In this document: in pieces, positions 38,522-51,500 of the stretch
Numbering within the stretch: the stretch's first letter is position 1
Layout of the letters: each line of letters opens with the position of its first letter
Assembly: GCA_016748015.1 (NCBI GenBank)
Contig: JAAOMT010000523.1
Span: 444,565-508,564, forward strand
DNA: 64,000 nucleotides
Source: Geosiphon pyriformis uo1
Lineage: Eukaryota > Fungi > Glomeromycota
Reading direction: 5' to 3'
Program-made: the position numbers and the translations under genes
Notes under the pieces: model-generated
Databases searched by the model: none
What the model was told of the DNA's origin: nothing
The model's input: the letters and a program-made list of their open reading frames with translations, nothing else

Positions 38522-40106
38522 ATGCTAAGAAAAACTTGCATTTGAATGTATGTGCTAGACCATTCTCTAAAAATGCTTTTATTTAATAATATAAGTGATA
38601 ATAATAACATTTTGGTTTTTTTATTTTCCAAGTTTGTTGACTTTAATTATTTGCTGTTGTTCAGATTACATGTTTTGAAAAAACAAAACTTCAAATCTTT
38701 TAAATCTTTTGCATTAGATATTGAATTATTTACTGTATCAGACAAAATTAATAGTGATAAATTAATTGTAATTAAAAAAATCTATTGAATTAATGGTTTT
38801 AGAAGAGCTTTTACTCTTTCAAAATTTCCAGAAATTTTTAAATCATCTTTTACATTGGAATTTAGTTTGAATAAGACAAAAAAATTGGCAATTTGTGAGA
38901 AAATTTTGGTCAATAATAATATTAAGAAAATAAACAGTTGTTTAGATTGGGAAGTAATTGTTAAGAAAATTCTAGTTAATTTTCCAAAGTCAATTGTGGA
39001 GTCAGTTTTTTCTAAATTTGGTAAAATTATATCAATCAAAATACAGTTAATTGGTTTTGGCAGGTCTTGGTAGAATTTGAATTATCTGAGACAGCTGATT
39101 TGGTCACAGCTAGATAATTTGTATTTATGAGAAAAAATTCTGTGCATGTAGCAAAGGCAATTAATGATAAACAAACATGAATATTCAGAGATTAACATCA
39201 GACTTTGCTGTATATTTTGCCAATTAGAACTACTGTTCATAATATTTCCGATTTGTTAACATTTTATGGTGAAAAAACCTGTGTTATTGGCTGTAATCCA
39301 ATTATATATGCTCATAATAAAAATGTGGTTATTTGTTTTAATAATGAAGAGTCAAAAAATAGTGTTTTTGGTTTTCTGCCAGTTTTTAAGAATATAAATT
39401 TGTGCTGGGCTGGTCTTTCTTTGGTCTGTTGTGTTAAATGTAAACAATTTTGTCATATTTTTAATATGTATTCAACTGGTAAAAACTTGGGTGACCATAA
39501 AAAAAGAATTGTCAATTCTCAGAATTATGTTTGCTTGACAAACATATATAAAAAAAAGCAGGCTTTAATTATCTACCAAGTTTTTTTTAGTAGCAAGACA
39601 TAGACTTAGATGGTTTTATTTGCTGTTTTCTCTGGTAGTACTGGTTCTAGTTCTGGTTCTAGTTCCTCTGTTTTTAATATCTCAAATAAGAAAAAAAATG
39701 TGTTGGTTGCCAAAAATAATTTGTTAATTAATAATTGTCTGGCTTTTCTGGAACATTTCTTAGAATTCTTAACAGATCAGGTTTCTGTCATAGTGCACAA
39801 ACTCAGCAACATGGAATTAGTGTTTTTTGATCTTCTTTCTTTCTCTCACAACTTAACTGCCTCAATAGTTGCCAATTTAGATTCAGGTTCAGATATGATT
39901 TTGGATGGCCTTAAGTTGATGCCTTCACCTTCTCTTGTTTCTTTTAATGTTTCAGCTTTGGGTTCAAGTAGTTTAAAAATTTTGACTACTAAGATGAGCT
40001 GTTTAAAGTCGAAATTGGTGGCTTTTAAGGCTTTTATTAATTTAGTTCTAGTAAAGTTGGATTAGTTGTGTGCTAGCTTAATTTCTCTTATAAATACTTT
40101 CTCTTA

Positions 40107-43100
40107 ATGAGTAAATTGGTCTGAAAAATAGCTACATGCAATTTTTGGGATATTAATGTCCTTGTCAAGCAGAAAAACATTGTTTGTTAGCATAAAGAAT
40201 CAGAAAATTTGGTTTCAATTGTTACAAAAATAAAGTTAAGATCTGATATTAAGCTCTAAATTATGAATAAATTTAATGAGATAAAGATTTTTTCATCTGA
40301 ATTAAACAAGAAATTTTTTGGTGCTAAAGTAACAATTATTATAGACAATTCTTTGGCTTATCATGTGTCAAAGATTGAAAAAGTTTCTGGTTGTCTTATT
40401 TCAATTTGGCTTTTCTTTAAAAGCAAGCTTTCAATTACATTCCTAAGTTTATATCCTGGTGCTTCTACTGAGATTAAGTTTGAACTGGCTTTAAAAGTCA
40501 ACTCTTTCATTGTTAAAGCAGTCAATTCTAGCAGTTTTATGGTTTTGGATGGGGATTTTAATGAGAATAAGTCTAAAAAGAGTGCAAGTTTCAAGTTTTG
40601 TTCAAATTTAGGTTTAGTTAATTTATTTAGTGAGCATTTATTGGTTGAGGTTTTTACATAAAACAATTTGAAAGATGTTAAAAAAGTCATTAATTATGTT
40701 TTAGTAAATGAGAGTTTGGCATCTGCAATTATGAATTATGTAGTCTATGCTCTGTTTTAATTTTTTAATACTGATTACAAGACTGTTTTAGTTTCAATTG
40801 GTTTGGATGGTCTTCTGAATATTCAGTTGAATAACACAAACAGACTAATAAAAATTGTTGAAAGTTTAGAATCAAAAATGCAAATAATGTTAAATGGGCA
40901 TGATTTAAGTATTGTTCTTTAACCAAGTTTTTAGTGATAGAAAATAAGTTCTCAAAGACAAAAACTTGTGAGGATCTGAATACTATGTGAAAATTGTTGG
41001 AAAGAATAATAGTAGAGTCAGCAGATAAAACATTTTTTAAGTATTGGTTTAGTGAATTGCAGTGTATAAGAAACTGGCAATCATCAAAGTTTTTTGGATT
41101 GAAACTACTAATTACCAAGATTGTTAAAAAATTAAGCTTAGATAACATAAGTGGATTTAAATATCTTGCTAAAAAATGGTTAACTTTGAATAGTAATAAG
41201 ACTCTTAAATTTATTGTTATAGTTTTGAATAGTAAAAATTCAATAGATGTTCTCAAATATTTGTTAATAATTTATAAAAAATATAGAAAGTCCAAGCTTT
41301 ATAAATCGAAATTGACTGAAAAGACTTTTATTAGGAAGGTTATTAAAAAGTGCATGAAAAATTTTTGTTCTAATAAAGAGAGCATGATCAAAAGTATTCT
41401 GGATTGGCTTTTTTGCAAAATAGTTTTGAATTACTTGGTGGTAGAAGGTGAGTTGGTTTTGGAGCTAAAAGAAGTAAAACTTAATGTTAATAAGATTATA
41501 AAAGAATAGATAAGAAAATAAAATGTGCTTTTAGTAATATCTAATCTTTGGGCTCATTAATATTCACCATTAAATTATGTGAATGATAATGTCTTCTCTG
41601 ATGTGATGAGTATAATCAATATAGAAAATTTGTTTTTGGTTATTGATGGTCTGTTTGATGATAAGACTGTTGATCTGTCTGGCATTTCTAATAAACTTTG
41701 GAAGCATAATAATAACAATGTAGTAAGATGTTTTCTGAAAATGTTAAACACATATTTGTTCTTTGACAGTGTTCTTGTTTTATGGAAGAAAACTTGAATC
41801 TTAATGATTTTGAAATCTTATAATTGGGATAAGGTCTTAATAAACACTCAACTTATTGTTCTAATTAAGATGGCTAAGAAAATTTTTTCCAAAGTTCTTT
41901 CTAATCAGATTTCAGCTGTATGTAGCAGGTTTGGTGTTCTTTAGAGTAATAATTTTTCAGTTTTAAAGAGTACATTCATTTAGTCTTCTGTGTTTACTGT
42001 TAAGTCAATAGTTAAAGATGTTTTGGAAAAAAATAAAGAGCTTTGATTGGTCTTACAAGGTATACACAAAACATATGATTCAGTTGGTTGGCACTATTTA
42101 AGAGCTAGCTTATAGCAAATTAAAATGTGTAAAAAGTTTATTGGGTTTTTTAATGGTATACATGAAGATAAGATTAATAAGATAATGATTGATTTTGGTC
42201 TTTCAAAAAACTATAGAATACATGATGGATTAGACCAAAATGAAGTCTTCTTATCTTTTCTTTAAAAAATTTCTTATGATTCTCTGTTGTACAAAATTAA
42301 GAGACATGAACATTTGTGTGAATATAAGATTGATACTAAGTTTGTTGTTAAAATAGGCAGGATTGAGAACATTGATAAAATGTCTTCATTCTTTGCTATA
42401 AGTACATTCATTGATAATACAATCTGAATTGGAAATTGTTAAGTCTCTACACAATATGCTTTAGATATTGCAAGTAAATTTTTTAGAGTTAATGACATTT
42501 TAATTAACAATAAAAAGACTATAGTCATTTTTATTAACCAAGATGTTAAAGTTGCTTCTTTGAAAATTAGTAGACTGCCAATTTTAATTGCTAAGAAAAG
42601 AGACTCACATAAATATCTTGGTATTTTTTGTCAATTAAGGAACTGTTTAAGCCAAGTCTAATAAAAAATTATTCAGATGTTTGATTTTTTGTTAATGTGG
42701 TGTTTAAAAAGACTATTATTGATAAGCAGTTCTCTTATCTGGTATTGGGTGTTCTTTAGCTTATAATTAGCTATAAGTCTCAGTTTAGTTTTGTCTTATT
42801 AAATGTGTACTATAAGTGGGATGTGATAGTTAAAAAATATATTAAATTCAAGACTGGTTTGCCATATAACTTTTTAAGTAAAACTCTGCAATATTTTTCT
42901 CTGTATGATTTGAAATCATTCAAACAGATTCAGACTAAGAGCATATTATTATCAATAGTTATATTTGCTAATACTTAAAATATTCTTGAGCATTGGTTTA
43001 AACACTGATTTTTGGATTTGCAGGTTCTAGGTTAAGTCTTTTTAAATTTTTTGAGGCATTTTATCAGATTGCATGTTAGTTTTGTTAATAATTTTTTGAC

Positions 43101-44764
43101 TGGAGTTGTGAAAGTCTTTTTGGTCAATAGAATTTCTCTAAATAATGTCTTGTTTAATGCTTTTTGCAGTTCTAAAAAAGTCTTGATGTCTGATATTTTA
43201 AAGAAGTCTTTGTATTATAATTTAGTTCATTCTCTTAGAAGATTTGGGGTGGCATTTGGTGATAAACTTTTGGATAAAAAGGACAAAGTAATAGATTAGA
43301 TCTCAGAGGCCCAGTGCTATTCTGGTTTAGATTGGCTTTAAAATTTTTGGGTAATAGTAAACTAACAGCATTCAGTTCTTCTTAAGTTAGCAAGCATTGT
43401 ATCTTAAATATGCTGGATTTTGTTGGATTTTCTGAGATTTATAAACATTTGCATAAGATTTGGTCAGATGTTTTGAATGTGTATACAGATTGCTTTTTAA
43501 GAAACTTAGACTCTTTTAAAGTTGCTAATAGGGCTGTTGCATATTTTTCTGTTGTAAATATGGGTATTGGCATTGAAATAGATAGTCTTCTGTTATCCAC
43601 TTTAACTGAACTACAGACTGTTGCTTTGTCTTTGGAGTGTATTCTTTTGTCTTGTACAATAGTTCTATATTCGGACAGCCAAGTGGCTATTAATGCATGT
43701 GCTGCTAAAATTAATTATGTTATGCTGAATTTTTGCAACTATTATTAAATAAAAAGGAGACATATAAACAATTTAATAAGAGATAAAGATTTCTTAATTA
43801 AGTGGATAAAAGTTAAAAGTCATTCAGAGATATAGGGTAATAAAAAGACTGATCAATTGATTAGTAAAACTGCTAGATCTTGTTTGTTTCTGTTAATCAG
43901 GATTAAAAAATGTTATATTGTAATTAAAGACATAGCAGTCTTTGACAATACATATTACTTTATCCAGAATATATATATATCCATATCTTATGCTCAATAA
44001 GAGATTGGTTTTGGTTATTAAATAGTACTTGGTGCTTTGATTAAGAAAGTAAATTGCTGTCTACTACTAAAGTATGGCACCCTAATTCGCATATGTTGTC
44101 TGACTTTATTAATAAAAAGTCTGCTAATCTGTGAACTTATTTAATGAAGACTGTACATAGGCATTTACCAGTAGCAGTCAGAAAAAAATTATATAATAAG
44201 AATTATTTGAGTGTGCTGTATTTGCTGTGTAATGAAGTGAAGCTTTCAGATTATGCTTTTACATGCATTAAAAATATTGGAAGCTGTAAGAATATTCTTG
44301 CAAAGTTCTTTAATAAGTAAATTTCTGTGTCTGGTTTATGTAACCTTTTGTTTTCTCCTATGCTGAAAACTTTCTTCTATTGCTTGGTAAATGTGGACTT
44401 GTATAGTGTAATTTGTAAGAGTTTTGTGCTTAAAAATTGGTGTGTAAAAGCATTGGCAGTGTTTAAAACTAGAAAAAAAGCTGTGGTAGTTGTTGTTTTA
44501 TTTGTGAGTTAATTAGTAGAGAAGCATTGTTTATTGGTTTGGCTCAGTAGAGCTAGCTTTAGGGCTGGAATAGAAAAGACCAGTTTGATAAGTAATGGTG
44601 GTGTGGTATACAATTTGTTTTGTGACTTAACAGCTGAATTGTCAGATAACATGATCCAACTTCTTAGTATTGCTAAGTTCTTTGCTGTTAGTTTTAATAA
44701 ACATAAGCTGTGTTTCTTTTTTTCGAGTTTAATTAGCAGTATAAGAATTGTGATAGATGTATAA
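40107..44764 (+). pseudogene. LINE ORF2 (AP endonuclease, reverse transcriptase, RNase H), many nonsense transitions
   Basis: Fragment ORFs at 40263, 40994, 41579, 43051, 43410, 44327 and 44534 are collinear pieces. Stops fall mostly at expected Trp/Gln/Arg codons. Confidence 0.88.
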
Positions 44765-44899
44765 TATTGTTTTGTTTGGCCCAAGTAGCTGGTCACATGT
44801 AATAAATACATGAGTCATATCTAATTTGGGTTACTTAATTTGATTTTATAGATCAAATAACAATTGGATTTTATTTATTAAATTGTATTAATAATAAAA

Positions 44900-47611
44900 A
44901 AAGCAAACAAGTTTGAAATTTAGATTTAATAACAGCATTAACAATAGAAATAATTGGAAAAACAGCAGAAAAAAAAGCCAAAAGAGCAAAAGTCTTAATA
45001 TAAAATTTTTTATTAACAGAAAAAACATAAAAAACTTAAAATCAATGACAAACTTAAGAAACAATTTAAAAAAAAGAGTAAAAACACTTTGTATTTAACA
45101 AAAAAATAATTCTAACTTTAATATCTATAATAGTAGTAGCATCTAAAAGTTTTTTACCAAATATAGTATTTGTATAAAGTATTAGTTTTTGTTATTACAA
45201 GTTTTAATATCTTATAAGACTCAAAAGTAATAATAATAAAACATTAATCATAATAAAAATTAAAAAAACAAAGAATAAAACAAGTATAATTACTTATCTA
45301 AAAAATCAAATTACTAATTTTAAAAGCAATACAACCAAAAAAAAAGTTAATTAATTTGTTTTTAAATAAAAATATTTTAAAATAATAACTTTTTTTTAAT
45401 TAAAGAAAGAAAAAATCCAAATATTACTTTTTTAATTAATACAAACCAGTTACTAAAAGCAACAACAGCAAAAAAAAAGTTCTTAAAAGTCATAATAGTA
45501 TATTATTACAAATCAATAGACTTACATTTTACAGAATTAATAACATTAAAAACACCAAAAGTATTTATAATATTATTAAAAAATATACCAAAAAAAACAT
45601 TATAAAATACAATAAAAATAAGAAAAAAAACCAGAAACTGTTAAAGAAAATTTCACAATTATAAACATGATCAAAAAAAAGACCACCAATAAAAATTTTA
45701 ATAACAATAACTAAAAAATTTTTAAAAGCAAAGTTTATACAAAACAACTTAATATTATTTTTAGAAACCAACTTAAGTTTAACAAGTTAGTATTATCCAA
45801 GTAGAAAAATTAATCCAAAAACTATGAAAAATGTAATTAAAAACATGATAATATAAAATAATACAGAATAATACAAAAAAATACATAATAATACATAATA
45901 ATTTGGGATAACATAATATAAAATATGATAACATAATATAGCATAAAATAACTAATCAAAACTTATAATAATTAGTAATAACATAGAAAAATAAAACAAT
46001 AACAAAAATAGCAAATAATAGTTAACAATAACAAAACAATTAAAAGCAATTTTGTAAAATTAAAGTGGTTATAAAAAATAAAAAGACAGATAAACAAAAA
46101 TTAACTTCTTTCTACTTATATCTAATATATATTTCTTAATAAACTCTTACTTATATCTATACTCAACTTATTAAAATAAAATAAAAATATTCAAAGCCAA
46201 AATTACTTATACATAATTTTTGAATTTATGTGTTCTAATTAAATTAATTGTTGTTTTTTACCTTTATTCTTGGCCAAATGCTTTTAACATAAAATGTTTC
46301 AGACCATCAAACAACTTGGATCAATTGCTTTTAATTATGATAATTAACAATATTAATTTTTTTTTTTAAGTTTTATTTTATTTTATTTTTATTTTTTTAT
46401 TTTTATTTTTATTTTTTTTATTCTTTATTCTTTATTCTTTTGTAAAGCAGCAACATAAAAAAATTAACTGTTTAAAAATAGACTTTGTAATAATCTGATA
46501 AAAAAGAAAAGCTTCTCCTAAGATTAAATATTAATATTATCTTATTAGCTTACCAAAAAAGCAAAAAAACACTACTAGATCTTAATAATAACACTTGACT
46601 AATTCAAAAAAAATAGCTTACATATACAAATTATAATATTGCAAAATTATATCTTTGTGTCTTATAATTAAAGAATTCTACAAGTAAATCTACATCTATT
46701 AAGAAACTTTTAGAGACTAATAACATTAACACACTACATCAGTCTATAAAAAAAAACTTTTAAACTCCTCTTATTTAAATTTAGAGCACTAAATATTATC
46801 ACTATATCTCATCAAGTTTACTTATAACATTAGACAATAGATAAAACAAAAAATTAATTAAAGCCAATTTAATCTTAAAAGTAATATCAAATACGAAAAT
46901 AGAAACCACTTATTTAAAAAACTTTTAACAACTAAAAATTGTTTTTTGGTATCATCAAAAGCAGCACCAAAAAACAAAAAAGCAAAAAATAATTTAATTT
47001 TTATTTAATTAGCCCAATTTTTAAAATTAAATAATTCAATAAGTTGTTTTGCTTTTAGAACCAATGATAATCTGTTAAAAAACATTATATTTGAAATTAC
47101 AAAAAGTTTTGGTATAATAATAGTAAACATAAATAATTGTTACTGTTTTTTTGATTTTTTGGCTTTTTTAATTATTTATAAAGTGATAATAGTAGTATTG
47201 ATAATAAAAATAAGAAAAATCAACTTGTTAGTTAGTCTATTGTTACAAATTTTAAAACTTTTAAAAAGAGTAAAAATAACATTAGAACCAATTTAAATAT
47301 GTTTTTTAAAAAAACTTTGATTAAAAAAAACTATTATTAAAAGTAAAAAATACTTTAAAAATTACCAAAAGCAATTTATTACTACTAATATTTAAGAAAA
47401 ATGTTACCAAAATGTTTTGTCTAATTGTTTCAATAATAAAAAAAACTTTTTTTTGTTGAAACTTTGTTAATTACAATAAAAAAAGTAATATTTAAAACTT
47501 TTTTGTTTTTTGTTTTAGTTGTGATTATAAAAATAGAAGAAAAAAAAAGATTCAATTTATTTTTTTTGTAAAATTATATAATTTTTTTAAATTTGCTAAG
47601 TTTATATATAC
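44900..47611. other. AT-eroded repeat-derived sequence, unclassified; the distal part is probably contiguous with 52996-53890 across the LTR element
   Basis: Very low GC, no credible ORF. The ATAC TSD shows 47611 and 52996 were adjacent before insertion. Confidence 0.4.
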
Positions 47612-48481
47612 TGTTACTCATAGAAATATAGGGAATATATATTAGCATAGTTATTAACCAATCAGAAGTAGACATAGTAAAATGTGGAATTCTAGAATTC
47701 CTCTTAGGAATTGCAGAATTCCAGGAATTACAGGATTCTTACAAGGAATTGCAAGATTCCAAAATTCCACGATTTCTCTCAAAAAAATTGCAGAATTCCA
47801 GGAATTCCAGGATTCCTGTTGTGAAGAATTGAGGAATTGAGGAATCTCAATTATGTATATATAGCAGTAGGATTAGAAGCTAAAAAAACAGATCTCTCAG
47901 TTTAAATTTTATTTAGACAACTTTCCAAACCACAAATAAATAACTGTTTGTTATCTCAAACTCACTGCTACTATCAACATGAAGTGTTGATAGTAATTGA
48001 TACTTAACCACACTAGAACAATAGCTTTTAATCATGGCTATTGATGGAATACTAACTTGCAAATTGCTTTGGCTTATTTTTTTTCTTTTTTTATTTTTTT
48101 TCTTTTCTTTATTTCTTGCTTTGATTTTATTGTTGTTTACTAACTCTATTGAAGATTAACGTATGGAGTACTGACATCAGAATAAATGTGACTGGTAAAA
48201 GACCCAGAAATAAGAGTAGAACACTCGATTAAAGATAGCTTACCAGGAGAAATACCAGCCATCAAGCTGAGAAAAAAATTGATGAAACTGCAGTTTCGGG
48301 AAGCTATGGATAAAACTATTACCATTAAATCTCTATCCATTATACAAAGAACTCAACCAAACTCTTTAAATACAAACCTTTCAGACACAAATCTTCAGAT
48401 CACTATCAACTGCAACTAGATTTGAGTATCAAGTTACAGATTTGTTATTTAATCCAACACCAGAAATAGTCACCTGTAACA
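47612..48481 (+). repeat. 5' LTR of element 1 (870 bp)
   Basis: About 90% identical to 52124-52991. Contains a CCAAT box (about 47658), a GGAATTCC-type repeat array, a TATA-like tatatatag (about 47856), a hairpin and a T-tract. Confidence 0.95.
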
Positions 48482-48483
48482 TT

Positions 48484-48499
48484 TGGTGCTCTCTGTGAG
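48484..48499 (+). other. Primer-binding site (tRNA 3'-end complement)
   Basis: TGG-initiated 16-mer 2 nt after the LTR. An eroded copy TGGTGTTTTCTGTGAG sits at 61183-61198 in element 2. Confidence 0.85.
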
Positions 48500-48540
48500 A
48501 TATAATCCTATAGAAAACCAGCACCAACATAAATCTAAAA

Positions 48541-51500
48541 GTGGCAGAATCAGAAAACATAGGAGCAAACTATCTAGGATTTGCAAAATCCTTATTTCAA
48601 CACTACTATCAACATTTGAGATTAAATCACAACCACATATCAGTGGAATCAGCTTTCAATTTCTACATCAACAAAAGAATTGCCTATCTGTTAGGAACAC
48701 CAGTAAATATCGAATTGTCAAGAGAAGCCTTTTACAGTGAATTAATTCAAAATACCAACCTGCCAACAAATCACAATTTTGCCTCCATTATTATGAAAAT
48801 CAACAAAAAAATTGAACACCATATACAGCAAAGATACCTCATTATTTACATGAGCAAAGGCAAAGGAAAACTGCAAACACCAGCAGTAACACCCAAAAAA
48901 ATACAACCACTTACTTGGAAGAAAACAAAAGTTAAGTCCCCAACTAATCCATCATACCACTATACACTCAAAAGTGCCATTAATATTACATCTACTAGTG
49001 CAGCCACATCAAACATAACATTAGCATTTAGATGATTCCCATTTCAAAGTAAACAAAGGAAAGCAGAGTTATTAGGACCATACGGTGCGTATTTTAAAGG
49101 ATTTAACTCATGATCATCAACACCATCAAAACTCTGATCACCACTGCCTCCCCCAGATTTCGGAATTTCTGATCCATGGAAAGTAACAGAATCAGAAGAA
49201 GAAAAAGAAGAAAAAGCTGAAGATCAAAAATTTACTTACTAGAACCCAATCACTGAAAACCTGAAATTTGAAATCCTGAATCTTCAAACTCAGCAAAATC
49301 TAAACCCAGAAAATCTGGAAATTAAAACTCTGAATATTCAGACACTGCCAACTCAGGATAATCGAAACCCTGATTTAATAAATCAACAAAACTTACCTTC
49401 AGTAATTGTCATCAATCAACCACTGATTAATCCAATAGCCAAACCCATACAACTGCCACTTCAATTACTACCCCAACAACCCATGCAATAACAACTACTT
49501 CAATTACCACCACAACAACCCAACTTAGATCCAATGGCCTATGCACCAATTGCAAAACTTGACAATTTTACCAGCAAAGAGAATGATGCCCAAATATGGC
49601 TTAACAATATTGAAAAAGCCATAGTGGCCAATGAATGGAATGACAGTAGAGCCCTTCAAGCAATGCCCTATTTTCTCAAAAATACTGCTGACTCATGGTA
49701 TTAGAGCCTAGCCGCCAAACCACAAACTTTCAATGAGTTCAAAACAGAATTCTTGAGATACTTTAGTAATAACAATAGTATCAATTGCTTGACCAACACA
49801 TTCACCACCATCAAACAAGGGGACACAGAAGCAGTTATCACTTACTTGAGACACTTCCATAGAAATCTGTGCCAAATTCAGACAATCCAAGCTGATTACT
49901 TTACAGTGCCACAGATCTTGAACCAGTTCATCAGAGGATTGTACAGTAGCATCCTTCAGCGAATACATCCAATGTATTCAGTTGATCTTTCAACTGCTAT
50001 CACCCATGCCAGAGATTTTAAAGCAGCTGAGCTAGAAGCCAACCATGCCCAAGCTGTAAATTTAGTGATGAACAGATTATCTGACTTGGATTCCAAACTA
50101 AAACAATTCAGTAATACAATCAATTAGAAACTAAAGGGATACTTAACTGACAATCATGCAATCTATCAATCATCACAATAACGCAATAATTCAGGAAACA
50201 TGAATTGTTTCCAAAATCAGCTGCATCTATTAACATTATCATTATTATTATTACCCAATCAGCTGTAACAGCCAGAAACATGTGTTTGTCACAACTGTGG
50301 TAAACAAGATCACATTAGAGCCGACTGTTGATTTTATAGCAACAATTCATGATCAGAAAATCAATATCAAAACCCTGATCACAAATTTCAAATTCAGAAT
50401 CACTACCCAAATCAAGACCAATATCAAACCACTTACCTGCCAATGACACAGCAACCAATCTATCAACCGCCAGTATATTAACCTTCAATTTATTAACTGC
50501 AACCACTGGTAATTTATCAGCTGCAGTCCCAAATAATTTATCAGCCCCAACAACCAATTCAAATACCACTCCAAAACCCCACTCAAATGACATCAGAAAA
50601 CCCAAAACTTAGAATCACTCAAAACTGGAGATCAGTGATGGTTGTTCATCAACCAATCCCCAGTTCCTTTTACCAACTATCAGGCTCTCGACAGCAGAAT
50701 TTAGGTACTGGTTTCACCCAAAACCTGAATTCCCAGAACTATTTAAGTCTCCTGGTTACTCCAGAAGATGCCACTACCAACAACTTGGAATCCAACCCAC
50801 CCCAAACAACACTCACCAACAATATTCTACCAGCAACAGTCACCGAAAACAAATCTTTCGCAGCCATTTTTTTTTTTGAATTGGAGGAAACCATCAACCC
50901 ACCTTTGTTCAGTGGAGCAGCACTCCAAGAAAAACCCATCACCACAATATACACTGATGTGAAAGTTGATGGTCATGCCATCAAACTGATCTTAGATAAT
51001 AGATCAGCTGGCAGCATCATCACAAGACAACTCATGGATCAATTAGATTGCCAAGTTGATCATGCTGCCAGCACCAGGATTATTACAGCCGATGGAGCAA
51101 CCAAAACACCCATTGGAGAGATTAATGATTTTTCCATAGAAGTCAATGGCATCATAGTACCAATCAAAGTACTCATCATGGAAGCCACTCAATACCAAGC
51201 ACTCATTAAGAACGACTGGCTGTCCAAAACCAATGCAACTTTAGATTAAAACACCCAAGAGCTCTAACTTAGCCAGAATGGTTGACACATACAGGTACCA
51301 GCCATGTGTGGCCACTTCAAGTCCATCCCCACACCATTAACACCACTTATCAAATTCAAGAAAGAAAAAGTGAAACCTACCTGGGAAGCGTACCAAGTCT
51401 CATGGGCTGATGTTGACCACAATGAACTGCTGCCAATACTTGCTTGGAACAACAATGACAATGAAAAGGAGAAACAAAGAGAAGAACCTATCTGGGAAGC

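Larger units (their letters stand above)
37140..44883 (+). mobile_element. Near full-length non-LTR retrotransposon (LINE: ORF1 + APE-RT-RNase H-CCHC ORF2), heavily transition-mutated
   Basis: ORF1 relic about 37200-40100 (VESVFSKFGKIISIK RRM-like; CVKCKQFCH knuckle relic). ORF2 starts at ATG 40107 with APE motifs (KIATCN, VT.TKL, LDGDFNE, TDYK), RT motifs (VLQGIHKTYDSVGW about 42050, GLDQNE, FIDNTI* 42407-42427 = FVDDTIW, KYLGIF), RNase H motifs (VYTDC, ELQTVAL, LYSDSQ, WIKVKSHS) and a C-terminal Cys/His relic. The 3' UTR is shared with LINE 2. 5' end approximate. Confidence 0.92.

Noticed and set aside
47686-47846. CRISPR-like array
   Set aside because: Units are about 9-10 bp without unique spacers, lie inside a eukaryotic LTR, and no cas genes are present.
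48040-48155. Intron inside the LTR (TACTAAC branch point after the T-tract, followed by AG)
   Set aside because: No conserved GT donor is visible across the five LTR copies, so it cannot be supported without transcripts.
48278-48320. Hammerhead-ribozyme-like core in the LTR (ttgatgaa...stem...ggataaaac resembling CUGAUGAG...GGACGAAAC), which would suggest a retrozyme
   Set aside because: It requires several back-mutations including a transversion. I found no convincing stems I and III or cleavage triplet, and the solo LTR (about 38298-38335) lacks the stem and GAAA. An Infernal hammerhead search on the de-mutated LTR consensus would settle it.
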